Position numbers and translations under genes: made by a program. From NCBI RefSeq assembly GCF_018350175.1, contig NC_058369.1:8556001-8620000 (forward strand): DNA of 64,000 nucleotides, read 5' to 3'. The DNA is from Felis catus. Its lineage: Eukaryota. The notes under the pieces are model-generated. The model did not search any database, was not told the DNA's origin, and saw only the letters and a list, made by a program, of their open reading frames with translations. This document shows, piece after piece, positions 53,971-64,000 of the stretch; within the stretch, counting starts at the first letter, position 1, and each line of letters starts with the position of its first letter.

Positions 53971-56900
53971 CGCGCCCGCGCATACGTGAGCAGGGGAGGG
54001 GCAGAGAGGGAGAGAGAGAATCCCAAGCAGCTCTGTGCTGTCAGCGCAGAGCCCGATGCGGGGCTCAGCCCCACAAACCTGACCTGAGCCGAGATCGAGA
54101 GTCAGGTGCTCAACCGGCCGAGCCACGCAGGCGCCCCCTGTGTCTACCGACTTTTGATTGTGGTGCCTCTGCTCCCCACGCACCTCGTTGTCTTTGCCCA
54201 TCAGTCATCGGATTTGAAACTCGTTTGTAGGAATCCTTTGCAGCTCAGCAGAAGTGATTGTGTTCTGGGAGGAGAGGTTTTTCTTCCTGCCAGCCACGTG
54301 GGAACACTACCTTCGGTGTGGGGGGAGGGGGTCTCCCGAGTCCAGATCGAAGGCTGGAGATCCCTCTCGGGCAGAGTGAGCCGAGGTGTGAGCACAGGCT
54401 AGGTGATCTCTGGTCCAGTCTCTCCTTAAGGGGATGGCCCTGAGGGATCGCAGCTTAGTTACCCCTTAATGGGGCGGGGGCGGCTCTCCTCCCCACCTGG
54501 GGCTTTGATTTCGCGCTCCCTGTGTCCCATGTTCTCATCCAGACAGACATCCCCATTTGCCAGGAGCTTCGTGCTTTTTTCCCTTCCTGAGTTGTTCTTC
54601 GTCCCGGCAATCTATGTCACCCTGGTTGCTTGGAGGTGGTTTTTTATGTTTTGTCCAGCACTTTCTCGCCTGTGGCGGGTTGTGCTGCCATTATGGGAAG
54701 TCAGAAGCCTCGGCCCCGGTTCTCACAGTCTGTCTGTCCAGTGGGGGTCACGCTGTGGCAGCAGATAGTGGGGGGGGGGGGGGCGGACAGGAGGCCACAC
54801 CGGACCAGTTGAAGGACATAGCATTGCCGGAAGGACTTGGAAGCGTGGCCCTAGCTGCTCATAGGGCTGGTAACCAGGAGTCGGGCAGCCTGACTCTGAG
54901 TCCACACTGATGGTTCCCATCTCCCCGACTGCATTCTCTGTCCGTCTGTCTGCCCTGGCTGCTCATAGTCAGTAATCCGGGAGTTCCGCCAGCCAGCATT
55001 GGTGGAGTGGCTGCTACGTGCCAGGCACACCGCAGGTGCCAGTAGTTCAGCACCGAACAAGATGGAGAAAGCCGCTGCCTGCTGAGGGGAGGAGTGAGCC
55101 AGGCAGGGGGCACAGGTGCAAAGGTCCTGAGGCGGCATCGTGTCTGGTTTCTAAGGAGCAGCGAGGAGGCCCTGTGGCTGGAGGGAATGAATGAGAGTGT
55201 GGAGGGAGACCAGGGCAGGGCCTTGGGGACCATGGGGAGGGCTTTTACCCCAAGTGAGGTGGGAGCCGTAGAGCATTCAGAGCAGCAGAGGAACAGAAGC
55301 CAGGAAACCAGGGAGGAGCTGATCGCGTTGGTGCAGGCGAGCGAAGAGGGGCTGGACTGGAGTGGGTGGCGCGGGGGTGGAGAGAAGTGGGCAGGTTCTG
55401 GATACGACCTGAAGGCAGACTGGAGCTGTTGTGCCCCGCCTGGGGCAGGTGAACAGGGAGGCCTCCCGTCCAGAATCCTCGTGGCGTCTGCCGACTCCCT
55501 TTTTCCTCCCCTCAGCACGGGCTGTTTCTGCCCCCAGCCCCTGGCTTCCCCCGTCCGCTGCTCTTTGGAGACCCTGGGCTTTGTTATCTCCCCTCTTTCC
55601 CGGGCAGTCTCCAGCTAGAAGCACGCTCAGGCTCTGTTGGTCAAATGGCTGTCCCCAAGCCCTGCCTTCCTCTCCCTGCTGTGACATAGGGGAGTCTCTT
55701 CCCCGCAACCTGATGGAAGCTGACCTTGCTAAACCTTTTTGCGTTTCTGCCCCTGGCTCTGCGCTTTGCCGGCCCAGTAACCGTGGGCAGGTCCCTTCGT
55801 CCAGCCTCATGTGTGAGAGGGACACAGTGCCAGCCTGGTCTGCTGGGACACTGCGGGGTCTCCGGGGGGGGACCCACAGCGTGGCCGAGGAGACGCCGCT
55901 TGCCCGGCTAGAGAGGGCTGAGTTGAAGGCTGGTATACAGTATGAGCTTAGTAATTGCAGCTGCGTTGTGGCCTCTCTCCCTCCCCCCGGCCTACGTGGG
56001 GGTGAGGCAAGCAGGGGAGGCGCCGTCGGAGCAGAGGCACAGCTGTGGCCCCTTGTCCAGCATCCACCGGCCGCAGCCCAGTTCCTGCTCTGGTGGGGCT
56101 GGCTTTCCCTTTTCCTGGGACGCTCCCTGCCACCCCCCCACCCCCATAAGCCTTCCTGGCTTGGCCACACCCCACCCCGGAGCCCAGCTGGAGCCCAGTG
56201 GGCCTGGTGGGGTGCGCTGGCTGCTTCTCAAGGGGGGCCTCCCGGACACGGGAAGCCTACGCCTGGTCTCCCCCCTGCCCTTGTGCGGTCTGCCAGCCCC
56301 TTCTTGTCGGGGCAGGGCCGGTCTCGGGGTGGCGAGTGACAGAGCTGGTCCCTCCACAGAGCAGCAGGCTGCCTCCAAGGCCCAGCGGGAACAGGAGCTG
56401 GCAGCCAGTGCCTTCCAGGAGCTGGACGACAATATGGATGGGTTGTGAGTCTGCCTGGCCTGTCCCGGATCCGGGGCTCCCTCTTCCCACCTCCCCCTAC
56501 CCCATGCCCCAGCCCCACGCCCCAGCCCCACCTCCCCTTCGAGTCCTCAGCTAGTCCCAGATTATATCCGAACGAGCCTCTGCTCGCTCAGGTATAAAGT
56601 GGGTCCAGGAAAACCTTGAGGGTAGGAGGTGAAGGAAACTACCCCCTCGAGGAGCCAGGCGAGGTGACTGGGGGTCCCATTACTTTTCCCAAGTCTATTC
56701 TGTGGCCTGGGACTCTTTGACGAAAGCCAGACCCCTTCCAGTCCCACTGTGCCCCTGAGCTTGCTGGCCGGCCCCAGGCTAACGGCTGAGTGGAGGGTGG
56801 GCTGTTGGGAAGAGGGAGTCTGTCTCTCCTGGGAGCCCCTGGAGGGTTGTGGGGTCCTCAGGATGGGGTAGGAGACGGGGGACTGGGCCCCACTCTGACC

Positions 56901-59900
56901 CCAAGGCCAGAGCTCACCCTCTCCCACCTCGTGCTGCTCTCCCCACCTTTGAGGTCCTAAAACAAGTTCTGGGGAGGGGTCCTGGTTGGGGGGTTAGCAG
57001 GTAGCTGGCCCAGAGCCAGTGGGCCTCACCCCTCCGTCGGCCTCTGCCTGCACCCCTGCAGGGTCTCAGTCGCTGAGCTGCAGTCCCATCCAGAGCTGGA
57101 CACGGATGGTGACGGGGCCCTGTCCGAAGGGGAGGCTCAGGTATCTCTTCCTCCTCCTTGTCCTGGGACTTCCGGAGGGCATTGCCCTAGGGTGACCTCA
57201 GGGCCGGGAGGCGGGGGGAAGGGGGGGACAGGCTGGCTAAGGACTGTCCCCAGGGCCCCACCTGACCTTGCCTGCATGAGGCAAGAGGGTAGCAGCCCTG
57301 CTTTCTTCCCTGTCCTTTGGGACCTGGTGGCACCACACGGGGGCCACGGGGGCATCTGGTTAGGAAAGCGCCCCATGGTGCTCCCCCAAGTGTGTGTATG
57401 CACTCTGCCCCCCTGGCATGCGGGTCGTGGCTCCCTGGCCTAGCCGGGTCTGGATCCCTGTTGCTGGGTCCTTCCCTGCCTTGCCTGGGCCTCTGCCTCT
57501 CCCTGAGGGCCCAGCGGCCTCGGGAACTTGTGTTCTGTAGCCCCCTCTCCCTCTCTGTCCCTCGGTTTCTCTCCCTGGCCTCTCCGGCCCTCACCCCCAC
57601 CTGCCCCCCTCCTCTGGGTCCCCTCCTCTTTCCCTCGGGTCGGTGCTGCCCCCTTCAGCCTGTTCCACTACAGCCGGCCGGGCCCGGGCCTGGCCATGGG
57701 TGGTCAGGGCCCATCCGTGCCTGGCACTGTGGCCTGAGGCCCCCCTCGAGAGTGCCTGGGGCACAAGGGGGCACGCGGAAGCCCTGACGTTGACGTCACC
57801 CCCGACACGCACACAGGCCCTTCTTGGGGGAGACATTCAAAGTGATGCTGCTGCCTTCTATGACCGCGTCTGGGCTGCCGTCAGGGACAAGTACCGGCCT
57901 GAGGTCAGTGGGGGTAGGAGAAGGGATGCGGCACCCCCTCCCTGCCCAGTCTCCCCCCCTGCTCCCCCCCCCACCCCCCCAGTGCCTCACAAAGGAACTG
58001 CCTCTGGTTCTGGCGCAGGGCCACCCTGGCCAGCTGGGTGACCCAAGCACCCTCCGTGGAGGCCCCCCCCACACAGCTAATCTGTCCCTCCCTCCAGGCC
58101 CCTTGGGAGGGGTGGAGTCACCGAGGCCGCCCATTGGGTGATGGTGTGAGCTGGGACCCGAGCCACGGCCGAGTCCGTGGCACGACTACCCGCACCCCCA
58201 CCAGGTACTGCCCACCAGCCCCCCGCCCGCACCTTCGGAGCCTGACCTGACAGAGCCCAAGGAGGAGCGGCCTCCGGTGCCCTCACCACCCATGGAAGAG
58301 GAGGAAGAGGAGGAGGAGGAAGAAGAGACAGAGGATGAAGAAGAGGACGAAGAGGAGGAAGAAGATTCCCAGGTGCAGGGGGAGCAGCCCAAGGTGTGTG
58401 TTTGGGGGAGAAGGGGGGTGACTGGGTGGGGGCCGGGTCACTCGCTGACTCTGCCCCTCCCCCAGGAGGCCCCGCCCCCACTGGTGCCCCCGCAGCCTGC
58501 AGCCAGCCCCCCCGAAGAGGACAAAATGCCACCCTACGACGAGCAGACGCAGGCCTTCATTGATGGTGAGGGCTGGGCAGGGGAGGGAGGGGACCGTGTC
58601 CAAACCTGTGCCCCCACGACCTGTACCCGCAGGGGCCCGTGAAGCTGGCCTCACTTGGTTCCCAAGGTGGGCTCGCCTTGGCCCTGAGCAAGCCTGGCGG
58701 GGGGGCGGGTGGGGGGTTGGGCCATCCTGGAGGGGGCATTTGGAACTGGAGAAACCATCGCCACCCCTATCAGCCCCAGGGGGCCCTCTCCTGCCTCTCC
58801 GGCTGCGGCTTGTTTGCGGCTTGTTTGTGTCGTCGGGTTGGCGGGTGAGGAGCCAGCTAGGCCCCGAGAGTGCTGGCCCCGTTCCCTCAGGGGTTGAGAG
58901 CCTGGGCAGCGGGGTGGGGTCTGCTGGCGGGAGCGGGTGTATCTGCGGGCCCCCCCTCCCTCTTCTTCCCGGATGGGGCCTGGGGCACCTCTGACCTCCC
59001 CTCACACTGCCCATCCCCTCCAGCCGCCCAGGAGGCCCGCAACAAGTTTGAGGACGCCGAGCGGTCCTTGAGGGACATGCAGGAGTCCATCAGGTAAGGC
59101 GGGCGGGGTCTGGCTACAGCAGGGCTGGGTTTCCAAGGCCGCCGAGCTCCCCAGAGGAGGTATAATGGGAAGTTGCCCAGGCAACCTCTGCTGAGTAGTG
59201 GCTCCTGCAGGGAGGGTCCCCAGACGTCCAGCCCCCGAGTGGCAGCGGGCTGCCGGAGTGGGCCTCCCCGTGCTGTCCTGAATGAGGCTGTGGCGCGCCC
59301 GGCTGCCCCTTACCTGCTTGGCCTCCCCTTCCAGGAACTTGGAGCAGGAGATTTCCTTTGACTTTGGCCCCGACGGAGAGTTCGCCTACCTGTACAGCCA
59401 GTGCTATGAGCTCACCACCAACGAGTGCGCCCCCCCCCCCCCCCCCCAGGCCAGCGGGGTGGGAGGCGGGGCCTGGGCCAGGACCCAGGGGAGTGGGGGG
59501 CAGGGGCTGCCTTAAGGGCGGTCAGTGGAGTTTGAGGCGTCCGTGTGGGCACGTTGAGGAGGCTGGGGCCCTGTGGCCCCTGCCCACCACCCCCTTCCTG
59601 TGACAGGTACGTCTACCGGCTCTGCCCCTTCAAGCTCGTCTCACAGAAACCCAAACTCGGCGGCTCCCCCACCAGCCTCGGGTGAGTGGGCTCAGACTGG
59701 GCTCCCTCTCCCCGGCCCCCCTCCCCCATACCGCCCCCCCGCCCCGCACTGAGCCCGCCCCGCTCTCCCGCAGCACCTGGGGCTCGTGGGCTGGCCCCGA
59801 CCACGACAAGTTCAGCGCCATGAAGTACGAGCAGGGGACGGGCTGCTGGCAGGGCCCCAACCGCTCCACCACTGTGAGTGCCCGAGGGGCTTTGGGGGGT

Positions 59901-60103
59901 GCCGCGGGGGCCCCATCCCATCCGATCCCACCCGAGCCCCTTCCCGCCCGCCCCAGGTGCGCCTGCTGTGTGGCAAGGAGACGGTGGTGACCAGCACCAC
60001 GGAGCCCAGTCGCTGCGAGTACCTCATGGAGCTGATGACGCCGGCCGCCTGCCCGGAGCCACCGCCCGAACAGCCCACCGAAGGCGACCACGACGAGCTC
60101 TAG
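49940..60103 (+). CDS. PRKCSH: Glucosidase II beta subunit (80K-H, hepatocystin), 538 aa
   Basis: Exons 49940-50015, 50200-50316, 50938-51033, 51134-51191, 52075-52192, 53663-53792, 56360-56444, 57062-57140, 57817-57903, 58205-58393, 58466-58565, 59024-59093, 59335-59424, 59607-59681, 59774-59873 and 59957-60103, total 1617 nt. Signal peptide, LDLa repeats ([15 protein letters not shown]), EF-hand-like loops, Glu-rich tract, MRH domain and C-terminal HDEL. Confidence 0.98.
53902..54138 (-). mobile_element. Can-SINE with (AG)n microsatellite in a PRKCSH intron
   Basis: Poly(T), (AG)n, ...GAGCCACGCAGGCGCCCC, flanked by GTCTACC. Confidence 0.88.
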
Positions 60104-60531
60104 CCCTCCTGGGCGCGGAGGTGGGCAGGGAGCGGGGGTGCGGCCAGGCGCCAGGAACACAGACCCGGGCGGCCGCCGCTTCTCTCCCCGCCCGTGCGCC
60201 TCCACCCCCCTCTCTCTCACTTGGTCTCTCTGGTTCCAGAACCTCAAGGCATGGAAATAGCCCCAGCGGTGCCGCCCGCCCGCCTGCTCCTCAGTCACGG
60301 ACCAGGGCCCGCCCCTCCGGTCTCCTCGTCCTCGCGGTGGGGCCAGAAACCGCGCGGAGCTTTGTGCCCTGCTCTCGGGGGTCGGGCAGGGCACGGCCAC
60401 GATCCCAGGCCCCGGCGGCCTCCAGGGGTGGAGTAGAGGAGTTCGCCCTCCGTGGGTGCCCCCCCTACCCTGCCCAGGGTGTCTGCCTCCCTCCTGGTGG
60501 GGACGAGTGGCTTGACCTGTGACCTCAAAAC

Positions 60532-60537
60532 AATAAA
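60532..60537 (+). terminator. PRKCSH polyadenylation signal
   Basis: AATAAA in the non-coding last exon (acceptor at 60239/60240), followed by GT-rich sequence. Confidence 0.8.
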
Positions 60538-60924
60538 CGTGATCCCCCAACCAGGTCGCGTCTGTCTTGCTTTGCTCCAGTCTGGAACGGACCCCTGGGA
60601 TGGGCAGAGGGCGGAAGGCAGGGCCGGCTCCGCAGTTAGGGTCTCACCAGCCCCCCGTTCGTATCTGAGATGCCCCATCTCTGCGTTGGCAGCGAAGCCC
60701 AGCACCACAGGACAGACGGACCCTGGGCCACGCCCATCTGGGTTTCTGCCTGCGCCAGTTTCCCACCCACCCCACCTGAGTCTCGCGTGTCCTGGGGAGG
60801 CCCAGGGGCTGCAGAGGAGAGCTGGGCCCAGAGAGGGACGGCAGCCTAGGAACGGCCACACAGTCAGGGCACACGCTCTCCTAAGGCTCCCCTCCCACCC
60901 ACCCGCACACAGATGAGCCGAGGC

Positions 60925-63900
60925 CGTAAGATTCTGAACTTTTTATTTTCTGGCATGAAAAGTACAAATAATTAAACAATTCCATGTAAAAGTCTGTTAC
61001 CGCGGCCAGGCCTGTAATCCCGGTAATAAATAGTCTAAACGCAACGCAAAGTGTTCTTGTTGGGNNNNNNNNNNNNNNNNNNNNNNNNNNNNNNNNNNNN
61101 NNNNNNNNNNNNNNNNNNNNNNNNNNNNNNNNNNNNNNNNNNNNNNNNNNNNNNNNNNNNNNNNNNNNNNNNNNNNNNNNNNNNNNNNNNNNNNNNNNAC
61201 AGGATGAAGGGAGGGCTGGAGGGGCTGAGCCCCCATCCCACGGGCCCTGCCCCTGACCCCCAGGGATGTGGAAGACCCCAGGTGCCCCCCCACCCCCAGC
61301 CCCTGGGGTGAGGGGCTGGCCTCTGGGGAGGGGGCCTGGCTGGGCTGAGTTCTGTGTTTTAGAAAAAGAAGTCCCCTCCCAGATTTGGGGGTGTCAGGGG
61401 CCTAGGCCTCAGTGGGGGTGGGGGGGTGGGGAGGTGCCCCCTCCGCAGAGCCTGGCTGCCCCAGGGTAGGGGACAAACCCATCCCTTATTGCTCACAGAC
61501 GCCTCCTGCACGCTGCCCACGTGTGCCCACGTGTCCCCGCGCTCGGAGGTCGGAGGGGAGAAAGCCCCAAGAAACAGCAGAGGGAGAGGGGTGGACCCGC
61601 TGGGGGTGCCCGCCCTGCTGGAGGGGAGCTGGGAGGTTGAGGACTTAAAAACCACAAGAATAAATAGGTTCGTGTATCAAGAACAAGCTAGGGTTTTCAC
61701 CAGCTAAATAGGACTGAAAAAATTCTCAAGACGAGCAAAAAAGAATCCCATTGAGACCCCGGACGTCGCTGGCCGCGGGGACCGCCCCACAGAGCACACG
61801 CCCNNNNNNNNNNNNNNNNNNNNNNNNNNNNNNNNNNNNNNNNNNNNNNNNNNNNNNNNNNNNNNNNNNNNNNNNNNNNNNNNNNNNNNNNNNNNNNNNN
61901 NNNNNNNNNNNNNNNNNNNNNNNNNNNNNNNNNNNNNNNNNNNTTAAACTTGCAAACTGGATGAAGTAACAGAAATATACACAAATGTCCTTACAGNNNN
62001 NNNNNNNNNNNNNNNNNNNNNNNNNNNNNNNNNNNNNNNNNNNNNNNNNNNNNNNNNNNNNNNNNNNNNNNNNNNNNNNNNNNNNNNNNNNNNNNNNNNN
62101 NNNNNNNNNNNNNNNNNNNNNNNNNNNNNNNNNNNNNNNNNNNNNNNNNNNNNNNNNNNNNNNNNNNNNNNNNNNNNNNNNNNNNNNNNNNNNNNNNNNN
62201 NNNNNNNNNNNNNNNNNNNNNNNNNNNNNNNNNNNNNNNNNNNNNNNNNNNNNNNNNNNNNNNNNNNNNNNNNNNNNNNNNNNNNNNNNNNNNNNNNNNN
62301 NNNNNNNNNNNNNNNNNNNNNGGCCATGGCCGGACACCAAACGCAGGGACACCGGAGGAAGGGGCAACTGAAGCTGAATTCGGGGTTTGCAATTCTCAGT
62401 TCCGACTGGGCCCACTGCGGGGGGTGGGGGGCTGCGAGGGCTCCCAGGGGCTCCGGCCTCTGGCTTCTGTTGGAATTTTTTTTTTTTTTTTCTTACAAAG
62501 AATGAAAACTAGGAGAATGGAAAATCCAGACAGAAGCCGGTGGGGGACCGGGGCTTGGGATGGGGGCTGCGTCCACTGCCCTCGGGAATTTGGAAAGACG
62601 GAAAAACCCAACAAACTGAAAGGGGGTGACAAGTGGGTGGGAAGGGAATTCGGGGGGCTGGGGGGAGGGGGACTGGAGGGAACAGCGGGTACTTCCTGCT
62701 GGGGAGGCCCCTGGGGGAGGGGGAAGGCTCAGGGCCCAGCCTCCCCCCTCTGCCTCTGGGCCAGGGTCTCGGCCCAGGGAGGTTTAGCCCCGGGGACAGG
62801 GGGTCCTTTGGCCTCAAGTGTTGGGGGGGGGGGCTGCCTCCAGCCCGCCATGACGCCAAAAGTGAAACGAGGTATCGTGTGTTTGGATGCATGGATGCTG
62901 TGTGTGCACGCCTGTGTTCGTGGGCCGCAGGGACCACCGAGGAGCCAGGAGAGAGCTCTGCAGAGAACCTGGGGCGAGTGGGGCCACGTGTCCGGAGGAG
63001 GCCCGGCGGCCTAGCTGGAGGAAGCGGACTGGGCCAGGATCTGGGCTACGACCTCTCGCCTGGGCCTGAGGGAGGCTTTGTGCATGTCTGTGTCTCCTGG
63101 GTGTTGTGTCTGTTTCTCCGTGATGGCGTGTCTCGACTGGTGTGTCCGAATGTATCTGTCTCTACTTTCCCGTGTCCACGTGGAAATGTGTGTACCCCGC
63201 ACCCACCTGTGGCTACATTTGCCCGCGGCCTTGTCTACATAGCCCCATACATCGGTCTCCCGTGATTATCCATATGTCTGTCTGCGTGTCTGAATCTGGC
63301 CAGCGAGCTCCTGGAAGGTGTCCGGGGCGCGTCTCTGGGTCTGTCAGTGCTTCCGTGTGTCCCTGCAGGATGTGTGTGTGCGCGTGCCCCCGCATGCCTT
63401 TGCGTGGCTGTGTTTCTCTGTGCGGCCCCGTGGACCCCCGGGCCCCAAGCCCTGCTCNNNNNNNNNNNNNNNNNNNNNNNNNNNNNNNNNNNNNNNNNNN
63501 NNNNNNNNNNNNNNNNNNNNNNNNNNNNNNNNNNNNNNNNNNNNNNNNNNNNNNNNNNNNNNNNNNNNNNNNNNNNNNNNNNNNNNNNNNNNNNNNNNNN
63601 NNNNNNNNNNNNNNNNNNNNNNNNNNNNNNNNNNNNNNNNNNNNNNNNNNNNNNNNNNNNNNNNNNCCCCCTGCTCCTCATACTCCAACCAGGGGGCTCT
63701 GGGCCAGGGATGCCCACACCCCTCCTCCGTTTTGCTTTTTTGGGGATTTTTAAACCTGTTCCCCCCCTCCCCTCAGGCTCATCTAGGTGTTGGGGAGGCC
63801 TGGGCAAGGGGGTCTGGGGGGCACCCCCAGCGCCCCTGCAAAGCCATCCCGTGGAGGGTGGTTGAAGGCGGGGTGGGGGCACATCTCTGCTTTCTTTTTA

Positions 63901-64000
63901 GCCGAAAAAAGAAACAAAAACCATCGCCATGAACAAAACCAAGACGAGAGAGTGAACAGCCCAGCCTGGGGTGGGGGCAGGAGGACGGGGAGGGGACCCC
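60925..64000 (-). other. ELAVL3: Distal 3' UTR of ELAVL3 (HuC); no coding exon in the window
   Basis: Minus-strand AATAAA at 60942-60947 and U-rich minus-strand blocks. In mammals ELAVL3 lies tail-to-tail just after PRKCSH. The assignment rests on synteny only, and the region has several N gaps. Confidence 0.65.

Noticed and set aside
55046-55054. RE1 left half-site TTCAGCACC in a PRKCSH intron
   Set aside because: No convincing right half-site (GGACAG) at a usable spacing.
55277-56339. Overlapping ORFs of about 300 aa on both strands in a PRKCSH intron
   Set aside because: GC-rich intronic sequence with no recognisable protein features.
60698-60720. RE1-like CAGCACC-ACA-GGACAG near the ELAVL3 3' end
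   Set aside because: The half-site spacer is 3 nt rather than the canonical 2, and the flanks match poorly.
61065-63666. ORFs spanning N runs (also at 45934-46651)
   Set aside because: Artefacts of assembly gaps. The gap content cannot be assessed.

Overview
GC-rich mammalian genomic DNA, almost certainly from a felid: it carries many feliform Can-SINE (SINEC_Fc-type) copies and several N gaps. It is syntenic with human 19p13.2. Gene order: 3' end of CCDC159 (+), PLPPR2 (+), SWSAP1 (+), EPOR (-), RGL3 (-), ODAD3/CCDC151 (-), PRKCSH (+), then the distal 3' UTR of ELAVL3 (-, assigned by synteny). I traced the coding exons by hand through GT-AG junctions with consistent phases. All six complete genes have intact frames: PLPPR2 452 or 343 aa, SWSAP1 250 aa, EPOR 508 aa, RGL3 711 aa, ODAD3 596 aa, PRKCSH 538 aa. 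Most entries in the ORF track are GC-rich noise. I found no wholly new gene or system. The best leads are: a 93-nt, in-frame, stop-free EPOR intron 7, whose retention truncates the human receptor but here would insert 31 aa between Box1 and Box2; a young antisense SINE about 30 nt from the EPOR exon 7 acceptor; an inverted pair of REST/RE1 sites downstream of PLPPR2; a triple RFX X-box plus CCAAT module upstream of SWSAP1; dual-frame coding at the PLPPR2 3' end; and CTCF, GATA and KLF motif clusters in EPOR introns. Gene identities and comparisons with human come from recalled sequences, not database searches.
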